NCBI GenBank assembly: GCA_963675755.2
Contig: CAXXMD010000003.1
Coordinates: 1,664,001-1,728,000 of the forward strand
From: a bacterium
GTDB lineage: Bacteria > Zhuqueibacterota > Zhuqueibacteria > Residuimicrobiales > Krinioviventaceae
Direction: 5' to 3'
DNA: 64,000 nt
A program made the translations under genes and the position numbers. How positions within the stretch are numbered: the stretch's first letter is position 1; each line of letters begins with the position of its first letter. Below the pieces are notes generated by a model. That model made no database searches and was not told the origin of the DNA. It was given only the letters and a program-made list of their open reading frames with translations. Shown here one piece after another: positions 60,406 to 64,000 of the stretch.

Positions 60406-62280
60406 ATGGATAGGAATCGAATAGTATTACTCTTGTATGTATTGACATTTTTAATGTCAGTATACCTCAAATTTGTTGACCCGAACAGACTTGATCCGCA
60501 CAATACTCAGGAATTGTTCAGAGAAAACAATGTGATGGATATTGGCGGTATGGCCAATGATTTCCTGCAGTATTCCTGGACGACTGAGCAATCAGATGCA
60601 GAATTTGAATATAGACTTGCCCGTCAAATTGGAGACACCCTCAGCTTTACTTCTGCAAATTTTGAGCAGGGTGCCGGTAGATACCAGATAAATTACTCAC
60701 AAACATCAAATAATTTTGACGTTCAATATATGGGGCCCTCTCAGGATAGTAATGTCTATATTCAATTTGATTCCGGGAACTATTATTTTGTGCACATTAT
60801 TGAAAAAGATGGATTCTCGAAACGTATAGTAAAAAAGCAGGATAGAAATTTTGGCTATTTGTTAGATCAAGGCATAAAGTTACTTATATTCAGTGAAATA
60901 CCATTGAATAAAGATGGAAGTGCTTTGACAATTAACTATAAATACCTGCGAAGAGGTAATGATGTACTGCCAGATTCTTCAATGATCAAGAGTGTTGAGA
61001 TTAATCTGGCAGATTCAACCTGGCAGGAATTCGATGCAGGTAACCTGGCGAGTACCTTTGGCATTGACAAATTTACTTTTGCGGTTAAATATTTAATTCC
61101 TGATTCTCTTCATGGTGCTCGTGGAAATTATCTGGATGTTATTACAGAGAAGAAGCGCAAAAGATTAAATCTGAACAATCCAGGTCAGGAACCCAATGTA
61201 TTTACAGTTTCCGAAGAGATTGTAAACAAGTTTAAAATATTACACCCGCCCGAAAATTATGTTGAGAAATTAAATACCCCTGTAGGTATGCCATTTAAAC
61301 AGGTTATTTCGGCAAACTTTCCGGTTGAATACATTACCTTGTATATTGATAACAAGGAAGTTTTAAATAATGAATCTATAACGAATATTCAACTTGGAAA
61401 CAGGGAAGCACTTAAAAACAGCATTTTTGTTACGCCTACAAATAATTACCAGGTTTTTGATCTTGAATTTCCAATCACTACAAACCGTAACTTGAATGGA
61501 TTTTCTAGTCTTCAGGTTCCAATTCGGTTGGTTGCAAGATCAGGTATGTCTGTTGATGAACGAAACTGGCTGATTGAAGTTATACCCTTCCGTTTCCAGG
61601 TATGGCCGCCTATTCGCCCCATGTTTCAAAGTGAGCTAGATGATCCTGGCAACCAATTTACTGATGAAAAAGAATTGTTTGAAAGATTTATAAAAAAGTA
61701 TCCTGATGAAGAGAGTTATATCAAAGATTCTCCGGCAAATCAGGCTAAATATCCAATAGTTTATGAATCGAGACCGGTGAACTTTTTCTATTCCTTACAG
61801 AATGTAAATGCAAATCATATCCGGAATTGTGTAGTTAATGGAAATCAATCACCCAGGAATCAACTGGGTAATGTAAAATATTCTATTGATGCTGATGTGC
61901 GCAATCTGAATTTGCGGGTAAATACAAATACGAACCATTATAAACAAATTCAGTTTTATGTTGCCCAGGTACCGGATGATTATCGCATCAACATTAAAGA
62001 TAATGACTATGTTGCTTCAACAACCTTTGTAACTTTTTATCTTCACGACTTTTTTGGTGACCCCATAAAGTCTATATTGGAATTTAATGTACGTCCATTT
62101 AAAGCTACGTATGCTAACCCGGCAACATCAGAAACACAGTTTGTTTTTAATACAAAATTTTCACCAGGCTCTATTGTGAACATTGATGGTTTGAGAGTGA
62201 ATGTACCATATTCTAAACAACCGATCTCTTTAAACAGTCAAAACAGACAATTAATCATTCGTCAATTAGGTGTAGATTGA
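60406..62280 (+). CDS. Single-pass membrane protein with large periplasmic domain, GldM/PorM-like N-terminal helix
   Basis: MDRNRIVLLLYVLTFLM has the R-x7-Y-x5-M pattern of the GldM TM helix; 624 aa, beta-rich remainder. Confidence 0.5.
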   Translation: MDRNRIVLLLYVLTFLMSVYLKFVDPNRLDPHNTQELFRENNVMDIGGMANDFLQYSWTTEQSDAEFEYRLARQIGDTLSFTSANFEQGAGRYQINYSQTSNNFDVQYMGPSQDSNVYIQFDSGNYYFVHIIEKDGFSKRIVKKQDRNFGYLLDQGIKLLIFSEIPLNKDGSALTINYKYLRRGNDVLPDSSMIKSVEINLADSTWQEFDAGNLASTFGIDKFTFAVKYLIPDSLHGARGNYLDVITEKKRKRLNLNNPGQEPNVFTVSEEIVNKFKILHPPENYVEKLNTPVGMPFKQVISANFPVEYITLYIDNKEVLNNESITNIQLGNREALKNSIFVTPTNNYQVFDLEFPITTNRNLNGFSSLQVPIRLVARSGMSVDERNWLIEVIPFRFQVWPPIRPMFQSELDDPGNQFTDEKELFERFIKKYPDEESYIKDSPANQAKYPIVYESRPVNFFYSLQNVNANHIRNCVVNGNQSPRNQLGNVKYSIDADVRNLNLRVNTNTNHYKQIQFYVAQVPDDYRINIKDNDYVASTTFVTFYLHDFFGDPIKSILEFNVRPFKATYANPATSETQFVFNTKFSPGSIVNIDGLRVNVPYSKQPISLNSQNRQLIIRQLGVD

Positions 62281-62317
62281 GAAATAGAATAAAGAATAGA
62301 AATAATTCGGAGATGTC

Positions 62318-64000
62318 ATGAAAGGTAAATTTACGTGTTTGATTTTGGTTTTATTGGTGTTCGTTTCTATTGTTTTTTCACAGACAAATGAAGAAGCTGA
62401 TAACATCCGAACTTACATAACCACGCCAAGAGATTATGAAACTAATCCGCAGGTGTTTCAGGACTTTATCAATACATTGAGAGAAGTAATTAACGACCCC
62501 AATGATGCATCGCGGGCTACATGGGAAAGTCCCATGACATTGATTGATAATGTGGGTATTCTTGTTAATTACAATTCTACAGAAAACCGTTTAAAGATTG
62601 AATCGATCTATATAGATGATAATACGCCAACAAACATCGAGATCGATATTTCAAAATTTTTGAATTCAATTAATGCCCCCAGTGACAACTATATGGGTGC
62701 TATTGATTCTTATATTCAATCATCGGGCTTGGTATTCAGAAGAGCTTCTTCAATCTCAATACCTATTACCCAACTGGAAGAAGATATTACATCTTCGGAT
62801 TACGCGGGCCTCTGGTCAAAACGAAAAAATGCTGAAGAGTTTAATACCCTTCTCGATGTACTGGTTCAGATCAGCTCTGACGTGGAAGCAAAGGTTGACT
62901 CTATTGATGCTATAAAAATTCTTTATACAAATTCCGGTCGAGATAATTCTCCTGCGGTTAAAGCAATACAGGTAGGTTACATTGAGCGCGACCAGTTTGT
63001 TAAAATCCACACATTACCTGCGGAACAGTTTATTAATGATTTGAGCAAGATTGACATTTCATCAAATAAAGAGCCTTCATTACCCAAATATATTTTCCAA
63101 CAATATTTCTGGGATGAAGAAGGAGAGATGCCAAATAATCTGCCAGATAATTGGAGTTTTGGTGTGAATTTGAAAAAGACACCATCCGGAAAATACTCCA
63201 AAGAGATTACAGTTTATCGCAATGGGTCTCAGGCAGTATTACAAAACGATGAATTACGTATGCAGCGCCTGGAACGTAAAACAAAATTAAACTTTACAGA
63301 TATTGCTAACAAGATTATTGATATTGCTGTTTCAGCGGCAGTAGATAAAGAACAAGCCAGTTTTGTTTCAGCTCGCTTGTACATGAATTATGATATGGAA
63401 CTCGAAACCAATAAACTGGACAGAATAGAGTATTCCATACAGTCAAACAATTTTCAGGTATTGTCATCACATGAAAATCATAATGATTTAGGTAATTATT
63501 ATGTTGCTTCTCTGTTTGGTTTGGTACCTTTGTCCAATACCGTTAGACCCGGACAAAAACATATCGAACCTGCTCAGGTAGATGGTAGCCAGATAGGCGT
63601 AGTTGAGTCAATGGAATCTTATGCATTCCCCAAGGCGGAAAATGCTTATCCTGTAACATTGAGTGTAGACGAGCTGAATTTTCAATTCTCTTTATTGAAT
63701 CAGCGTTTCAAATTAGGTACAGAGTTCGGTCAGGACGAGTTTAATTATCCGTTTGTATGGTCTGGAAGTATGGCCTATTATTTTGAATGGAATTTTAATG
63801 AAGTTCCACCTATCACCTGGCTGGTTGATGATATTCGGGTCAGTTATAGACCGTATAATTATGCAAACAGAACTTTGATCAATTTTGTTGATTATAAATT
63901 GGACAATCGTTTTTTTGAAAAGAATGAAGGCGATGCAAGACTTGCAATCAATAACATTCAATTTGTATTGAACAAGAGTTGGGACTATAACGCAATAAAT
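62318..64000 (+). CDS. Large secreted hypothetical protein, 3' end beyond window (absent from ORF track)
   Basis: ATG 62318 after ggag; MKGKFTCLILVLLVFVSIVFS-QTNEE signal peptide; my translation is open for 561 codons to the window end. Confidence 0.8.
   Translation, partial: MKGKFTCLILVLLVFVSIVFSQTNEEADNIRTYITTPRDYETNPQVFQDFINTLREVINDPNDASRATWESPMTLIDNVGILVNYNSTENRLKIESIYIDDNTPTNIEIDISKFLNSINAPSDNYMGAIDSYIQSSGLVFRRASSISIPITQLEEDITSSDYAGLWSKRKNAEEFNTLLDVLVQISSDVEAKVDSIDAIKILYTNSGRDNSPAVKAIQVGYIERDQFVKIHTLPAEQFINDLSKIDISSNKEPSLPKYIFQQYFWDEEGEMPNNLPDNWSFGVNLKKTPSGKYSKEITVYRNGSQAVLQNDELRMQRLERKTKLNFTDIANKIIDIAVSAAVDKEQASFVSARLYMNYDMELETNKLDRIEYSIQSNNFQVLSSHENHNDLGNYYVASLFGLVPLSNTVRPGQKHIEPAQVDGSQIGVVESMESYAFPKAENAYPVTLSVDELNFQFSLLNQRFKLGTEFGQDEFNYPFVWSGSMAYYFEWNFNEVPPITWLVDDIRVSYRPYNYANRTLINFVDYKLDNRFFEKNEGDARLAINNIQFVLNKSWDYNAIN

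Noticed and set aside
62673-63961. Short ORFs listed in the track at the window end
   Set aside because: All lie within the long open frame starting at 62318.

Overview
64-kb chromosomal window of an AT-rich diderm bacterium. The gene content (NYPNPFN-type C-terminal sorting domains, TonB receptor, Bacteroidota-like ATP synthase c subunit) suggests a non-Bacteroidota FCB-group lineage such as KSB1 or Calditrichota; this is inference. I saw no rRNA, tRNA, CRISPR array, transposase or prophage. Housekeeping genes: glnS, tex, glgP, ligA, proline dehydrogenase, and a parA-parB-M23-bactofilin-atp run with a complete F1Fo operon. Accessory loci: ECF sigma-GNAT-DUF1848; an ErcA-like Fe-ADH with a sensor kinase; a Tat-exported DegT aminotransferase; a CAT-like acetyltransferase; a GH31 hydrolase; and a Toprim-less OLD-like ATPase. 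Three stand-out observations: (1) immediately after the atp operon, two hypothetical genes carry the membrane motifs of the GldL/GldM (PorL/PorM) proton-driven rotary motor of type IX secretion, in a divergent form (GldL module fused behind extra helices, no gldK upstream), followed by a large secreted protein that runs off the window; (2) a three-gene cohesin/dockerin cluster in which a protein lacking a sorting domain could piggy-back on a cohesin-CTD adaptor; (3) an operon of N-formylglutamate amidohydrolase, QEGLA/MATCAP-like peptidase and GshB-like ATP-grasp ligase, whose first gene appears to start at an ATT codon. All family calls come from motif recognition by eye; no database search was run.
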